A stretch of DNA of 34,067 bases, taken from NCBI RefSeq assembly GCF_001194135.2, contig NC_068989.1, forward strand, positions 31,688,846 through 31,722,912. The letters run 5' to 3'. How positions within the stretch are numbered: position 1 is the stretch's first letter; each line of letters opens with the position of its first letter. Under the pieces are notes generated by a model, which saw only the letters and a program-made list of their open reading frames with translations, was not told the DNA's origin and did not search any database. Shown one piece after another: positions 10,770 through 23,947 of the stretch. The stretch comes from Octopus bimaculoides (taxonomy: Eukaryota). Both the position numbers and the translations under genes were made by a program.

Positions 10770-11479
10770 CTGGAAAACGAATACATAAAAGAAAAAGAAT
10801 AACAAATACTGCAGTATTTTGGAGATGCTGAGAGAACGTCTTTCAAGTTTATAATAATGTCTAGACCCAAAATTTCATTAACAAGTCATAATTTTCATTC
10901 AGTTTTTTCTGTTAGCATCAACAAGATGGTATTTACATTTTCATGTATATTTAGAGGAAATTATTATAAAGCAAGGAAGAGGAGAAAGAGTGAGATGATA
11001 GTAGAGTTGTAATTTAAACAGAAATACTGAATATAATAAATAACAAAAAGTACTTCTTGTACCTCCAATTCCAGACAATAGACTAGCTTGGAAAGAAGAA
11101 TTTTAATGCATTCATTGGTAGCAAATAATTTTTCCCAGCCATTTAGATTTATGTAATATTTTCACTTTTACTTCTTTCATTTTCACTTTACTTTGAATTA
11201 ACATTTATAGTTGTTGTGTCCTTACTTAATCTTTAAGTCAACACTACTTGAACAGTGTTATCTTCAAAGATATCTAAATGTGACCATCAGTAATGACTGA
11301 ATGTTCAGAATTAATTATGTAAATAAGAAATATTTTTCTAATTAGACATAATTGTGAGTCTATTCATGTAGGAGATTTTCCTCTTTCAGATTCAATGAAG
11401 AGTCAGAGGATCGCCTATTACAACTCAATCCACATAACGTATTCTCCATAACATTTCAGGTTTTTCAAAACCAGTTCTT

Positions 11480-12240
11480 CACTAACAGCATTTGAAAACA
11501 AATGTGCTTCAACTTTCACACAGCCAAGACAGTTGTGTGAAAGTCACTTGGGTGACCAAGATTTCCTCAAGATCTTTCACCAAACCTTTCTCAAGTTACC
11601 TAACTTGTAGAAGCTTTGCCAGGATTTTACCAACAACAGTTTGTCAGCAAATATATTTCACTCCTGACCTATGTAAGTTGGTAACCATAACTACTCGCCT
11701 GAATATTTCCCTTTGTATTCCACATACAGCCAGCTATCATAACCCCAACGCCTCTAAATGGTTTGCTTACAACTGTACTGCAGCAGTTTGGACAAAAACA
11801 CTGCTTACAATTTCTGAAAGAAATCATCTACTACCATAACCAACTGTCAGGGTTTAAACCATCACTGCAACACCTGCATTCAATGTTTTTGTGCATCACA
11901 TAACCTCAAAGTTCTCCCTCCAACCAAAATGCAGCATTGGCTTTTGGTTACCTGCCAAGATCTCTACTAACTTTACAAACTCTTCCTAATCATTATTCTT
12001 CAACCAAAACAATTCCACTAGCAGTATACTTACTGAAAAACCTTTACATTTACTGCTTTCTTCACCTCCATCCTCTACTGTACACACTAAACAAAACCCA
12101 CCCTTATACATCCTGTCTCATTCATCACAGTTGCCTAGTGTGAAAAAATTCTCAAATCACTCCAATCCAAGATGACTGGCTCCAACAGTGTCTCTTCCAT
12201 CACTTTCAAACAGTGCACTCCAGAGACAGTTTCTGCTTTG
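11480..12240 (+). mobile_element. Decayed LINE (L2/CR1/Jockey group), linker to RT start
   Basis: SKWFAYNCTAAV resembles the KPWFN.ACS.A linker motif. A decayed KA.GPD-like segment lies near 12170-12225. C-rich sense strand. Confidence 0.5.
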
Positions 12241-12329
12241 TTTCTCTCTGTGTGTCTCTTTCAATATCTTATAATAATTCTGCTTGTTACTGAGTTACTT
12301 ACCCTGTTACTTAGCTAATCACATGATTA

Positions 12330-12810
12330 GAGAAAAAGAGGGAGAAAGAAAAGAAGGAAAGAGAAAAAGAGAGGGGGAGAAAAAGAGGGAAAGAGAAGCG
12401 TTCATGATATAAGGTAGTGAGAATGTAATAGTAATGCTTTCAAGTGATTAGTTGAAAGGAAAGAGAGGAAAGAGAAAAAGACAATAAGGCAAAGAGTGAG
12501 ACAGAAAGAGGAAGAAATAAAAAGAGAGAGAGAGAAGTGTCCATGACATGAGGTAGGGGGAACATAATATTTATTAGTGGTTAAAAAAGTTAGTTGAAGG
12601 TAGAGGGGGACAGTTAAAAATATAATTTTAGCAGAGGGGCGATGTTCTGATGGTGAGGTTTGGAAGACAGACAAAGGAAGACAGACAAAGGAAGACAGAC
12701 AAAGGAAGACAGAGGGAGAGAGTGAGAAAGGAGGGAGAAAGAAGAGGAGGAGAGAGAGAGAGATGATGGTGGTGCTGGTTGCGGTGGAGATGGAAGTGGT
12801 GGTGATTGAA
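12330..12810. repeat. GA-rich low-complexity tract with a 14-bp tandem (GGAAGACAGACAAA)x3+ at 12662-12713
   Basis: Directly visible. Confidence 0.85.
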
Positions 12811-13149
12811 TAGTGAAAAGTGTATTTTTTTTTATCGAACTAAGTTTTTTATATCACCTATCACTTAACGCATGTGCATAAGTGCAATTCTGTGAAATAT
12901 TCACACTTATTTATGCGGCAGATATATGCAATTTAACTAAAGGTTGTATCATATGTATGAGATATATTATTTTTGTTTATAGGAAAAATGGAAAAATAAG
13001 AATGAATATTTATTTTACGAGTGCTGTGTATAAAGTCTATAAAATTGTGCATAAAGTATATAAAGTGTTTATATAAAGTACATTAAGTAATAATCATATT
13101 CCAATTTCTTTCACTTTTCAATGAGTAGCAGATGAGCAACTATCTTTCC

Positions 13150-13560
13150 ATACAGACACAACACAGGATACATTTTCAGGTTTTTTGGATAAAGTTTTCA
13201 GAAATAATCCAATAAGTCTACCATTAATTCTGTGAAATATCCATGGGTCCTGCTAGTCATCATAAATGTGTCACAGACTTTAGGAACATGTTCCATCTAC
13301 AAATCAGGCAATCATTCTTACCCTCTCAACTGCCAACCTACCTTCTAACATCTCAAACTTAACAACCATCTCCCCCTTAAAAAACTTGAGTTTCTCTCTC
13401 CCTTCAGTGACTATTAGCATGGCATCCATAGAACCAGATCTACTAGAGACTTACTTTTCTATGTCATTTACCAATGATTCTTTGCTTTTGAGAATTTTAG
13501 TGAATCTAATTTTTTTTTCAGAAGGGAAGGCATTGCTTGTGACCCATGATCTCCATGACT
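13150..13560 (-). mobile_element. Old RTE remnant of the RTE-2 type
   Basis: Minus-strand DLVL (YADDLVL-like) followed by WIFHRINGRL, matching the RT-internal Cys/His insert of RTE-2. Confidence 0.4.
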
Positions 13561-13599
13561 ATTGGGAGGGAGAGAGGAAGGTATCCTTAAATGTTTACA

Positions 13600-13870
13600 A
13601 TAGAATGGACTCCACTAAAGGTATACAAAGTGCCAGATGTTATATGCTGAACTGGGTGATGTGTTAAATCTACCACCCAAGCAGGGCATGGTGGGTTTTG
13701 AACAACTCAGAACTCAAAGAACTGAAACAAAACTCAGTCCAACATTCTTATAGTTCTACCAATTCAATATCATGGGCTGATAATTTTTCATTGGCCTTGG
13801 AAGGATGGAAAGTGAGGTTGATTTTGATTACATTTGAATTCAGAGTGCATACTGGAGACCTGATGCTTTA
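13600..13870 (-). mobile_element. Two decayed SINE remnants
   Basis: GAGTTCTGAGTTGTTCAAAACCC and TGAATTCAAATG...TTCCATCCTTCCAAGG (B-box-like and core-like segments) on the minus strand. Confidence 0.4.
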
Positions 13871-14454
13871 ACTCTTCCAATTTACCACTGTACATGACAA
13901 CACCAAAATTTTGACTGTATTAGGCATGAAAACCAGCAGCTAAATTACCTAGCAATATTATATATTTATCTCTTATCTTTCAAGCCAGAAACTGTCAATT
14001 AAACTGTATCATTTCAGCTTGTACCAATGAAACTCTCTCTGGCCCACATTTTCTTAGCTCTAATTTATCTCAAGATACAGTTATATTTTTCTCATACTTT
14101 CCTTTTTTTTACATTAGTGGCCTACAACTATCACTTCAAGCAACATACGCTCCTATTTAGATGATACTATGCTTCTGTTCTTCTTACCCTTCTATACACA
14201 ATTGTCATCCATATACAACCAAATCACCTAACATATACTGAATCCATGAACAGGAACTTCAACAGTATCTTTCAATAGGGACATGACAATATTGTTTCTT
14301 TTAAAGGCATGAAGAATTAATTACAGTACATATCAAATAAAACAGTCTTGTATCTCACACTCGTTTATGAGTAGTAGTCAATTAAAACTCTCTAAACTGC
14401 AAAAAAATGTTAGTGTGCGTGCACGTGCACACACTCACACACACAACATTGTTA

Positions 14455-14900
14455 AAACTGTATCACAAAAAACTTGGATTCTTCTTTAAAGCCAAGAAAT
14501 ACTTCAGCCTTGGTCATTTGCTAACCATTTACAAAGCTCAAGTAAAACCTGTACTGGAATACTATTTACATTTATGGAATAGCTTTGCTGCACACACAGA
14601 CTAATATGCTTAGAATGAATCCAAAAGAAAAACTGTTCAACTGATAAGCAAAGATCCAACCACCAACAGACTTCACCCACCAGCTTAATGATGTACTGTT
14701 TCTTCTCTTCACCTCTACTATCATAACTATATTGGACTCTGTTTCTCTGAACTAGCTAGCTTCATCAGCTCCACTTGTCTTTTGTGCTCTTGTCTTCCTG
14801 TCTACGTGTATCCTCTCTCAGACTCTACACTAAATGCTTTTTCTAATCCAGAAATAAAACCCACTGGAACTCCTTACATGTTCTTTGTTTTTCCAATAGA
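14455..14900 (+). mobile_element. Decayed LINE RT C-terminus (L2/CR1/Jockey group)
   Basis: KKLGFFFKAKKYFSLGHLLTIYKAQVKPVLEYYLHLW and LYYHNYIGLCFSELASF match the LL.LYK..IRP.LEY...W and FYRY..G.CSSELA motifs. Confidence 0.7.
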
Positions 14901-15099
14901 CATTAACCTACAGATATTGAAACCAAATCTAACTAGTCTGGAAGAACCTACAAAGATCATAGTCACTACTTTCTCTCTATTAACTTCCACTAAAAAGAAC
15001 TGTACATATCAAAGAGATGGGTCTGTACTTTACACTCTTTTGTCCTCCTGTTACTTTGAACAATACACCCAGCAAACACAGTTATTGTTCATTTCCCCC

Positions 15100-15400
15100 A
15101 ACTTAACTCTCTGTATGTCTTACCAAATTGTTGAACTAGCTGTGTCTACAGGTGTATTTCCCAAGTTATGAGAGTTTACTCTTTTACAAAAGGGACATCT
15201 CAAACTTAAATATAGAACTGTATCTCAAACTTTGTCAAGTACTTTTCTCTTCAACTCTATTAGTTAAGTGTAACTTTCTAGTCTGTATCAATATCCTTTT
15301 TACACAATCTTATGTACAGGACACCATCTGTCACTCCTTCACAATCTTTGGTGCAGATACCTCATCTACACATAATCAAAACAGAGTCGCTACAATATCA
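15100..15400 (+). mobile_element. Decayed L2/CR1-like RT fragment
   Basis: STGVFPKL...YKRDISNLN resembles G.FP..WK....P..K.GD....NYRPIS; an FADD-like remnant lies near 15350. Confidence 0.4.
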
Positions 15401-15907
15401 AACAAAAAGACTCACAACATTACATGCTTATAAGCAATGATGCTCATAAAACAACTCACAAGTGAAGCCTTTGTACACTACATATGCTAACAATATTTGA
15501 AAACTTATGGGGTAGCCAAACATATATAATATAGCTATGATGATATCACAAAAGCTTCACATTTAGGACTAGAGTACACTTTATCTCAGCAAGTACAAGC
15601 AATGACTCTGTGTCCTCATTATGTATTTTCTATCTATTACCAAAACCCATTCAATAAACACCACTTCCTTCCTCTTGTATTAATACCTGCTATATGGTAC
15701 CTTACTCTTCAATTTTGCCTCTGAAACTCTTGTCCTGCTCATATTTTCCCATCTAAATACGAATTCATCAATGTTTAAATAAACATCAATTGTATTAAAT
15801 TCATCAATCTATTCTCCTTCAGACTAAAAGATTATAGATAGTTTCTATCTTCTTTGAATTACTTGATAAAATACTACAATAAGGAAGAATATGAACAGCT
15901 GTTCTAC

Positions 15908-16086
15908 CTGGACAAGTGAAATGGCTAAAGCTTTTCCTCTTGAAAGTTCTTGTACAAGATTTTCTTTCTCTTCTTCCATTGTTTTCTCTGCATGTTTTAG
16001 TTTGTCTTCTAACTGAATAATAGCCTGTTTTTTCTCCTCTTTTAGTTGCTTAATGATCTCACGAGATTTTTCCAACTGTTCAGCAG
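15908..16086 (-). CDS. GOLGA4: GOLGA4-like gene, exon B (xAEQLEKSREIIKQ...EEEKENLVQELSRGKALAISLVQ)
   Basis: 179 nt, phase 1 start and phase 0 end. Acceptor ttattttag, donor gtagaa. Resembles recalled human GOLGA4 EQIKTIEKTSEEERISLQQELSRVKQ. Confidence 0.85.
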
Positions 16087-16639
16087 CTAAAATAATCCAA
16101 AGAAATAATTCATTACATTTAGCCTTTCACATTTACTTTTGCAAAAAGAACAGGAAGAAGTAAGATATTCAAAGTTAGTCAACTAATCAGTTTTAATATT
16201 AGCATTAGTAGTAGCAGCAGAAGTAATCATCAATATTCTATGTCATCTGTTTCTTTGAATCTCAAGCTTAATTCAGTAGATAATTTGAAAGTTTCTATGT
16301 ATTTTATTTATATTTTTTAAAACATTAGTCCAAGGGCTTTGAGTAGTGCTAATTTTTTTTACATCTATATCATTTGGGTTGCATCTGATTTCTATTTGCA
16401 ACAGACTTTCTTTCCTGTTCAGAAATTCTCATCAACAAATATCTAATCTGAGATAACAAATGCTAGACAAAAGTCTCTTTCTATTAATTCCCTATAATTT
16501 GAAATTTTCTCTGTAATGCCTAGTTTTCTATAATCCCATCTGAGAACTTCACTCAGACTATTCTTCACCTATCTTTGAGAAGTTTAAAAACAAAAAATGG
16601 GTTGGGGCAGCCTTTGGGAAGGTGGGAAACTTCATGAGA

Positions 16640-17095
16640 AATCTCAATACTTCTACAAAAAATAAAAAGAAAGATCTTTAATGAGTACATCCAGCCAGTG
16701 ATGATTTAAAACAGTGACACATGGGCTCTCAACACAACCGTCATGAATGTCCCAATTGTAGCCCAATGGAAAATGGAATGAATCATGCTCAGATCAGTTT
16801 GCAAGAAAGAAAACCAACACCTGGATTCAATAGCACATTAGAGTCAACAACATCATAAGAACCATCAAGGAGAGCAAATGGGCTGGCCACATCACGTGAT
16901 TGAAGGACAACAAGTGGACAATTAGAGTGATGGAATAGACATGAAAACAATGGACAAGATCCAGAGGCCAATCAAAAACAAGATGGTGAGATGATATCAC
17001 CGGCCACCTGGGGCCTACATGCTCATGACTGGCCAGTGACTAACAGTGGTGGAAGAAGTCCAGGGAGGGGTTCCTCCTTCAGGAGCAATGAAGCT
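16640..17095 (+). mobile_element. RTE LINE 3' fragment (third RTE family)
   Basis: Decayed KRKIFNE...DTWAL...KWAGHI...KWTIRVME...KTRW.DDI. Confidence 0.75.
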
Positions 17096-18436
17096 CTGGA
17101 TATTGAATATCGGATCTCCAAGAACGAAAAAGTACTCCAGAACTGAACTACTTTTGAGCAATTATTCTACTTATCTGTAAATATCTGCAAGCACATCAAA
17201 AAGAAAACTTTTTTTCACATTTAAGAAATTTTGAGTTGCCACCTTATCAGTACAATGTAGCAGTAAAGCTTCTGGAAATTAATATAAACAAAGGGATTAT
17301 GGCTAAATGACTTAATGGTTTTTTAGAACTAACTATCTCTGTATCAAAAGTCATCTTAAGCACAAATAATCAGGGCTTTCAACAACTGTCAACCTTTATA
17401 ATATTGCTACACTTTACCTACATTTTAAATCCTCTTTTATCAATATTACAATTATCCTACTTCTCAGAACAATCAAGGTCAGCTTAGGTCTTTCATGTAA
17501 GATATTAAAAAAAGTAGTTCACCTACTAAGAATGATTCTAATAGAATGTTAAATGTGAAGATAACAATGCTTATATTGTTATCATATTGTTATTATATAA
17601 TGTTATATTTTGTGTTTTACTGTTTATATAGCACTGATTATTAAAGAGTATGAAATGGTCAGTAATAATAATTCTCTATGTACAAGAACAATACTCCACC
17701 ACAAGTCAGTGTTGATGTTAGAAGCTGTTTTTAAAGAAATTTTAAACTGGGCATTTTTATAAAAAGGTCAGGTTGCTATGGATTAAATTACTATGAATTA
17801 TGTACAGGAGTATTTTAATGTTTCTAGCATGGCTATTATAAATATATATAGATGTACATATCTGTGTAACTGCATATCCATACTTACATACTTTTGATAT
17901 TGCATGAACTTGTATGTTCCAACATATTAAGTAATTTATCTATCCCACCAGTTATTGAAATAATCATAACCAGACAATAAATGCAATTCCAATATAGTCA
18001 TTTCCTTATTTATTTTGTGTGTGTGTGTGTGTGTGTGTGCGCGCGAGTAAAAATGCATGAACCGAACATGCACTCATAAGATCTTATATATATTTATCTA
18101 TAAAGACAAAAAATATACATATACAGCAACATACACCCAAATGTACCCAAACACTTATAGATTTTTAGCATACATGTATATCCTTAGCCTTACAGTATGT
18201 AAAACTGGGTGTGCATAAATAATACCAGACTACAATAAACAAGAAACATAAAACTAGGAAAAGAAAAATTTTCATCATGCAAGTCTCTACACCAATAGCA
18301 AGCCTATTCTTTAAAAACACTTGCAGCCCAACCGCAAGTACCACAAATATAAACAAACACAACATAAAAATATACTTCACAGCCAACAACTTTGAACAAA
18401 CTGAAGCCAAGTGTAACCACCAAAACTAAATCCTCG

Positions 18437-18530
18437 TGATCATCATCACATTTAACATCCATCTTCTCTACTGGCATGGGTTGACAGCAGAGGGTTTGAC
18501 AAGATCCAACAAGCCACAAGACTAAATTGA
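18437..18530 (-). mobile_element. RTE-tail remnant
   Basis: CATCATCACATTTAACATCCATC...GCATGGGTTGAC matches the RTE-2 tail. Confidence 0.6.
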
Positions 18531-18699
18531 GGTCCGTTTTGGTATGGTTTAGACTGTACTGGGTACTTTTTTGTGACACCATCACTAATAAGGTCATCAA
18601 ATAACTTATAAAACAAAAAGAAGACCCTTGACAAAGTGGGTGGCTTTATGCCAGGTGTTGAGAAGCTAAAATATGATAGAGGGAAGGGCATGGGTATCT

Positions 18700-19550
18700 T
18701 GGCTAGAAGAAATACATGACTACCCTGCATTATATAAAAGAGAGAGGAAGTAGCTTGAAAGATGACATTGATAGGGATGACAAGGAATCAAAGTATACTC
18801 ACAAGAAACAAGAATGTTAGTATTAGAAAGAATATGAACAAAGAATTGGGAACGGTGAGTGGACATGTTCATCACAGTGAGAGGAGAGTGACAGATGGAC
18901 AAATGGTTAGAAATTAGTGTAGAGGTGAATGTAGTGAATGGAACAAGGGTGGAGGTATGATCAATGGTAAATATCAGTATAGCGGAAGAAGATGAAGGAA
19001 TAAGAGTGGCTCAGGAAGAAGGATATAAGTAGCAGTACAACCAACATGTAGGAAGATCAGAAAATATGTGCATGATATGTGTGGAGGGGTGAGTGTAGGT
19101 CATGAGGGAAAGATGTACTGAGATGGATGTCAGAGGTACAAAGGGGTGGCAATGGAAAGTGGGAGTTAAAGGTGGTGAACCAGTAATGGTAAATATTCCA
19201 GGGTAATGAGAATGATAACAGATAAGACAGGATGTTAAAGACAAGGTAATGGCAGTCCTAAGGTGTAGCTCATGGGAGGTATAGAAAATGGTAAGTGTTA
19301 GAAAATAAAGTAGGAAAGGATGATGTTGAGAATGAGAGACAGATTTTAAAAGAAAGCAGTTCCAGGAAAATGGAAGATAATTGGCTGCACAAAGGGGAAT
19401 GAAATATAAGCATATTCTGCTTTTATATGATTATGGCAGCTGAATTAAGCTATAGTAAGATGAGTAGAGGAATGGGTGTTATGAAGATAAGGGGTGAAGA
19501 AAGCTTGATGGGACAGACTAGGTGCAGGAGTACGGTTCAGTGAGTGTATA
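18700..19550 (-). mobile_element. Probable highly decayed LINE (I/Jockey-like endonuclease region)
   Basis: Strong strand asymmetry (C/T-rich minus strand) and an IDH-like motif; no intact ORF. Confidence 0.3.
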
Positions 19551-19719
19551 AACATAAACATAATGCTTTTAGGATCTCAGTTTCATCAAAATAGATGGGT
19601 GTTCTCAAGTACATTGAATTGCCAATCATCTTGGTCCATTGTTATCTCCACCATGAGGCTCAGTATCTTAAGATAAGCCTTCACTACTTCATTCTATGTT
19701 TTCTTGAGTCTTTCTCTTC

Positions 19720-20340
19720 CACAAGTTTCATCCACATGTAGGGACTGGCACTTTATACAGCTGTTCTCATCCATACACATCACATGACAATACCAGTACA
19801 ATCTTCTCTCTTGCACACTACATCTGATTCCTCTTACGCCTAGTTTTCTCTGAACACAGTTGTACTTTGTCATACATATACACTGATATTACACATCCAA
19901 ATGGGCTTCATTTCTTTCTAGTTTTCACACACCTTCTTTATTTGTGGCCCATGTCCCACCACCATTTAGCACTGCTCTGAGACAGACCTTTTGTTACCAT
20001 CAGAGGAAACTGCTCTCACAATTTTCTCCATCCTATTCTTCTAGTAACAATACTTTCAGAACATCCTCCACCACTGCTAATTATGCAATCTAAGTAACAA
20101 AAACTATCAACTACTCCTAAGGATTCTCCCAGATATTCAAGAAAATCTAATTCCCATATGTTCTTAGTGTTTATTGCTCCTGCATATCTTCCACACATAG
20201 TGACCACTTTCTGTTAACCTTCCATTGATCCCACTGCACATTTTGTATGTCCATAGCTTGCACTGAGCACTCCACATGGAATTTCTATCTACACCTTTCC
20301 TACATATTGAGCCAAGACATTTTCCTCAAAGGAGTAAAAT
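19720..20340 (-). mobile_element. RTE-2-family fragment showing the PHD-like insert and thumb
   Basis: SICRKGVDRNSMWSAQCKLWTYKMCSGINGRLTE, then MCGR and VVDSFCYL..IISSGGGCSES. Confidence 0.85.
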
Positions 20341-20510
20341 CCTGTCTGAAAAGAAAAACTGTAATCATAGTCCTGGCAATTTTAATTGCAACATCCCTCA
20401 ATGAGGTCTCTAAATAGAAATTACCTCATGAGTAACATTATTTATAGCAAAACATGACACCATCCACAGTTACATAGAAGATACCTGGGCTACATCTGAC
20501 AGTTTGCATA

Positions 20511-21358
20511 CAAGGACAAGAAAACACACTATCCCCTCCAAAAATAGAAGTTTTTTAAAAAATCAAAAAATTTCAACCAGATTATGTTTGGGAGATAAAA
20601 GTTTACTCATAGTAGCCACTCTCAATAGCTCTGGAATCTGGTATATGCATTCCTCACTGTGTCCTTGGGAAGATCTTCATACACCTCCTTGATTTTGGCC
20701 AAACAGCTTGACCTGTGGTTGCAGGCAGAGCAGTTGATGCCTTTCTCAACCATGCTCTACACAAAGTAAACCCTTACAATTGGGAAAATTAGAAGGAGAG
20801 ACATTGAGGCAGGTGAAGTCATAGAAATTCTCTGACAACCACTTCTGACTCTTTCTAGAGGTATGGAAAGGAACCAAATTCTGCTGCCATATATATGGCC
20901 TCTCCAAAAGGGATTGACCTCTCCAAAAAGGGATTGACCTCAGTCTCCAGCAGCTTCACAGTCATCTGAATTGAACCTTAGACCCTGATCAAAGATATGG
21001 GGATGAATTCCAGCATGTGAAAGCAATCAAAATGACTGCAGTATCCCTTCCTGCTGGCTATGGCTTTGTAGTCTTTATTGCAGTTGTTCATGTCACATCT
21101 AACAGCATTTACAGCAGTCACAGAGTATTGAGCACCAGTCATGATGTTGGCATTTTGATATTCAGTGCGAATCATGATGATAACAGTAACTTTTTTCCAA
21201 TATTCAGATGGCTTCCAGCCCTCTGTGCCAGCTAACTTTTTTTCAACTACAACTTTAATCTTTATGCTCTCCAGCACTGTTGAATGTTCACTAATACATC
21301 AAGGTGTTTCTGAAAAAAGGAGGCATAAAAAATTGTCAAATTTAGCCCAAGCACCCTG
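20511..21358 (-). mobile_element. Tc1/mariner-superfamily transposon, internally deleted
   Basis: TA|CAGGGTG terminus at 21358 and TA|CAAGGA at 20511. N-terminal WKPSEYWKK...MLEFI and C-terminal LAKIKEVYEDLPKDTVRNAYTRF. Confidence 0.65.
20790..20995 (-). mobile_element. SINE remnant nested in the Tc1 element
   Basis: GATCAGGGTCTAAGGTTCAATTC B-box-like head on the minus strand; small duplication GACCTCTCCAAAAGGGATT x2. Confidence 0.45.
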
Positions 21359-21937
21359 TATGCATACAGTCAACTTCTAATCAGTTTAAAATATGATATT
21401 ACCAACACACACAAACTTCTGACAATCTAAGGAAAAATGATACTTCACAATCTAAATATACATAGGTAAAACATACAAGTTCAAAAATATTCTATTTAGT
21501 ATTAACTGGAATTTACTATCCCATACACAACCAAGTAAACAACAAACCTTGACAACTCTGTACCACTGAATACTACCAAATTCTCTTTCTTAAGACCCAA
21601 ATATTGAACTGCAACTCTGTGTTAGTATTTTCCTGCAAACATAAAATCTTTAAAACCAAGATGTTTCGAATCTATAAATTTCTCCAACAACTAAATGTGA
21701 TAATTATCTGCTCTTTCCTGTTCCATAAATAATCTAGATATACAAAGTAACTCCCCCTACTAACAAGTTTACTTAACAACATTCGAGAGCTACAACAATT
21801 CTGAAATTATCCACTGCGATATCCATAAAATGATTCTACGTAACAGCATTTCTGCTGATGCATCCACATAGAGAAATGAAGTTCCATGTTTACATGCCCT
21901 ATTACAGGCCTATATACATCCTTCATACCCTATTTAG

Positions 21938-22093
21938 AAAGGTGGTTGTGTGGTAAGAAGCTTGCTTCCCAACCACATAGTTCCAGGTTCAGTCCCACTG
22001 CATGATACATTGGGCAAGTGTCGTCTACTATAGCCTCAGGCTGACCAAACCTCGTAAGTAGATTTGGTAGACAGAAACTGAAAGAAACCCATC
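21938..22093 (+). mobile_element. tRNA-derived SINE with CORE-like segment
   Basis: GTGTGGTAAG (A box), GGTTCAGTCC (B box), TTGGGCAAGTGTC. Confidence 0.7.
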
Positions 22094-22319
22094 ATATATA
22101 AATGTGCCCTACACACAAGGGGAGGACAGTATGTTTACATTGGGGTAACAGCTGATTCATTCAAGAATCATTATCGCAACCATGTCACCAGCTTCAAGAA
22201 TATCAACAAGAGACATTCAACATCTTTGGTCGATTTTGTGTGGTGACTTAAAGAAGATTAAATTAAGTATATCATAACTTGGTCCATATTAAGGCATGCA
22301 AAACCATATTATATCATTG

Positions 22320-23665
22320 TGGTAATAATTACTGATATTATTACTATAACTATACATGTTATATTTACTACTGTTGCCAAGAATTTTTGTGACATTGACA
22401 GCCAAACTTGTGAAGGCCACTCAGACTTCAAGGGTCCATTCCCATCCACTAAGCACAACAAATATCTACTCACAGTTATCAATGAATTTTCTCGCTTTCC
22501 ATTTGCATTCGCATGTTCAGATATATCAGCCACTACTGTCATTCATTTTCTCAGCCAGCTATTTTTGATTTTTGGACTTCGTTCTTTCATCCATTCTGAT
22601 TGTGGTGCTGCCTTCATGTCAGCTGAACTGAGACAATTCCTCCATGATAAAGGCATAGTGACCAGCAGGATAACCCCATACAATCCAGTGGGGAATGACC
22701 AGGTCAAAAGGCTCAATTCAACTTTATGGAAAACAATTACTTTGGCATTGAAGTCTAAGGGATTGAGTGCGAGTCACTGGCAGCACGTACACCTTGATGC
22801 TCTGCACTCTATTTGCTCCCTCCTCAGTATGGTCAGTAACATAAGCTGTTCAGTTTCCACTGCCACTCAACTTCTGGGACCTCACCACAAAAATGGCTAG
22901 TGAAGGTTAGACCTGCACTCAAAATACAATCCAGCAATAGAAAAAGTTGAACTACAGAATGCAATCCACAGTGCACCCATGTATGTTTATTGAGTAGCAA
23001 GGAGAAAATGGTTTTGTTGAATCATCTGGCTCCAAGGAGAGATACACAATTTTCTGATACACCAACTGAGCTTAATACCTCATCATGCAACTAGGAACCT
23101 GTGAACGATCTCAAAGCAAGAACACTGGCAGTTGAAACTGGAAGAAGTGATATCGATCCCGAAGAAGAAGCTAACAGCGCAAAAGTTGATAATCCTGAGC
23201 AATCAAAAGCAGGTCAACAGTCTATACACTTTAGAAGCCAAAAGGCTGGTCAACAACATCTACACTCATACAGCTTGCGAAGTTGAAAGATGTAAACAAT
23301 CTGGAATAGTGTAATGCTCCATGCTATATTTTCATGCCTAAGAACTTTATGAACTCACCTGGTAGTACTCAGATTCTTCAGCAGAAAAGAATGAGGTAAT
23401 AATCACTGATACTATTAGTATTACTATACACATTATATTTACTACTGTTAATGTTATTAAAGCCACATGAAAACGAGACTTTGAAATGAAAACGTGACTT
23501 TAGAATAAAAACAAGGTATAGAAATGGTATTTAAACATGGCTGTCCACTGACCAGCAAGGTTCATGACTAAAGCTACTACTGACAGATACTGTACTCTTG
23601 TTCTTAGATGGTTAAAGCCTATTTACGGCCAATCTTTTCAGCCTCCTGTATTTATGAAACTAAGA
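22320..23665 (+). mobile_element. Ty3/Gypsy LTR retrotransposon, internally deleted (integrase core plus LTRs)
   Basis: rve motifs DFKGPF, NEFSRFPFA, IHSDCGAAFMS, TPYNPVGNDQVKRLN. 56-bp direct repeat 22320-22375 / 23394-23449, purine tract before the 3' LTR, ATTG TSD at 22316-22319 and 23666-23669. Confidence 0.85.
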
Positions 23666-23841
23666 ATTGCTACAAGGAGATGCCGACTCTGTTCTGAAGA
23701 AGCCCTGTGTATTCTGTGGACTAATGAGAAGACATTATTGATGTTCTATATAAATTTGGCTTTTAATTTGCTGCTTTCCTTTACACAAACTGAGAAGATA
23801 CCTTGTGGAACAGTCGTTATTTTAACAAGTTATATCTAATT

Positions 23842-23947
23842 ATCACCTGAAGAGACACATCTACACCAATGAATGTTTCTAAACCAGTTGTTAAGTATCC
23901 CACCCATGAGAGATCGATGCAAGATGGATTGAAACAATTGTAGTGAT
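23842..23947 (+). ncRNA. Decayed tandem minimal hammerhead motifs at the Penelope 3' end
   Basis: ATCAC-CTGAAGA(23847)...GAAAC-AATT-GTA-GTGAT(23931-23947). The internal TAAAC-CAGT and CCATGA look like mutated core halves. Confidence 0.5.

Noticed and set aside
15701-15752. Possible extra GOLGA4 exon (tatttag|ATGGGAAAATAT...AAG|gtacc)
   Set aside because: In the required phase 0 it contains TAA, and the alternative donor gives 47 nt and a frameshift. The polypyrimidine tract is weak. A poison exon cannot be excluded without RNA data.
21000-21310. Strong-looking acceptor (ctccttttttcag) upstream of ORF 20978-21277
   Set aside because: The sequence is the Tc1 5' region and the translation is not coiled-coil.
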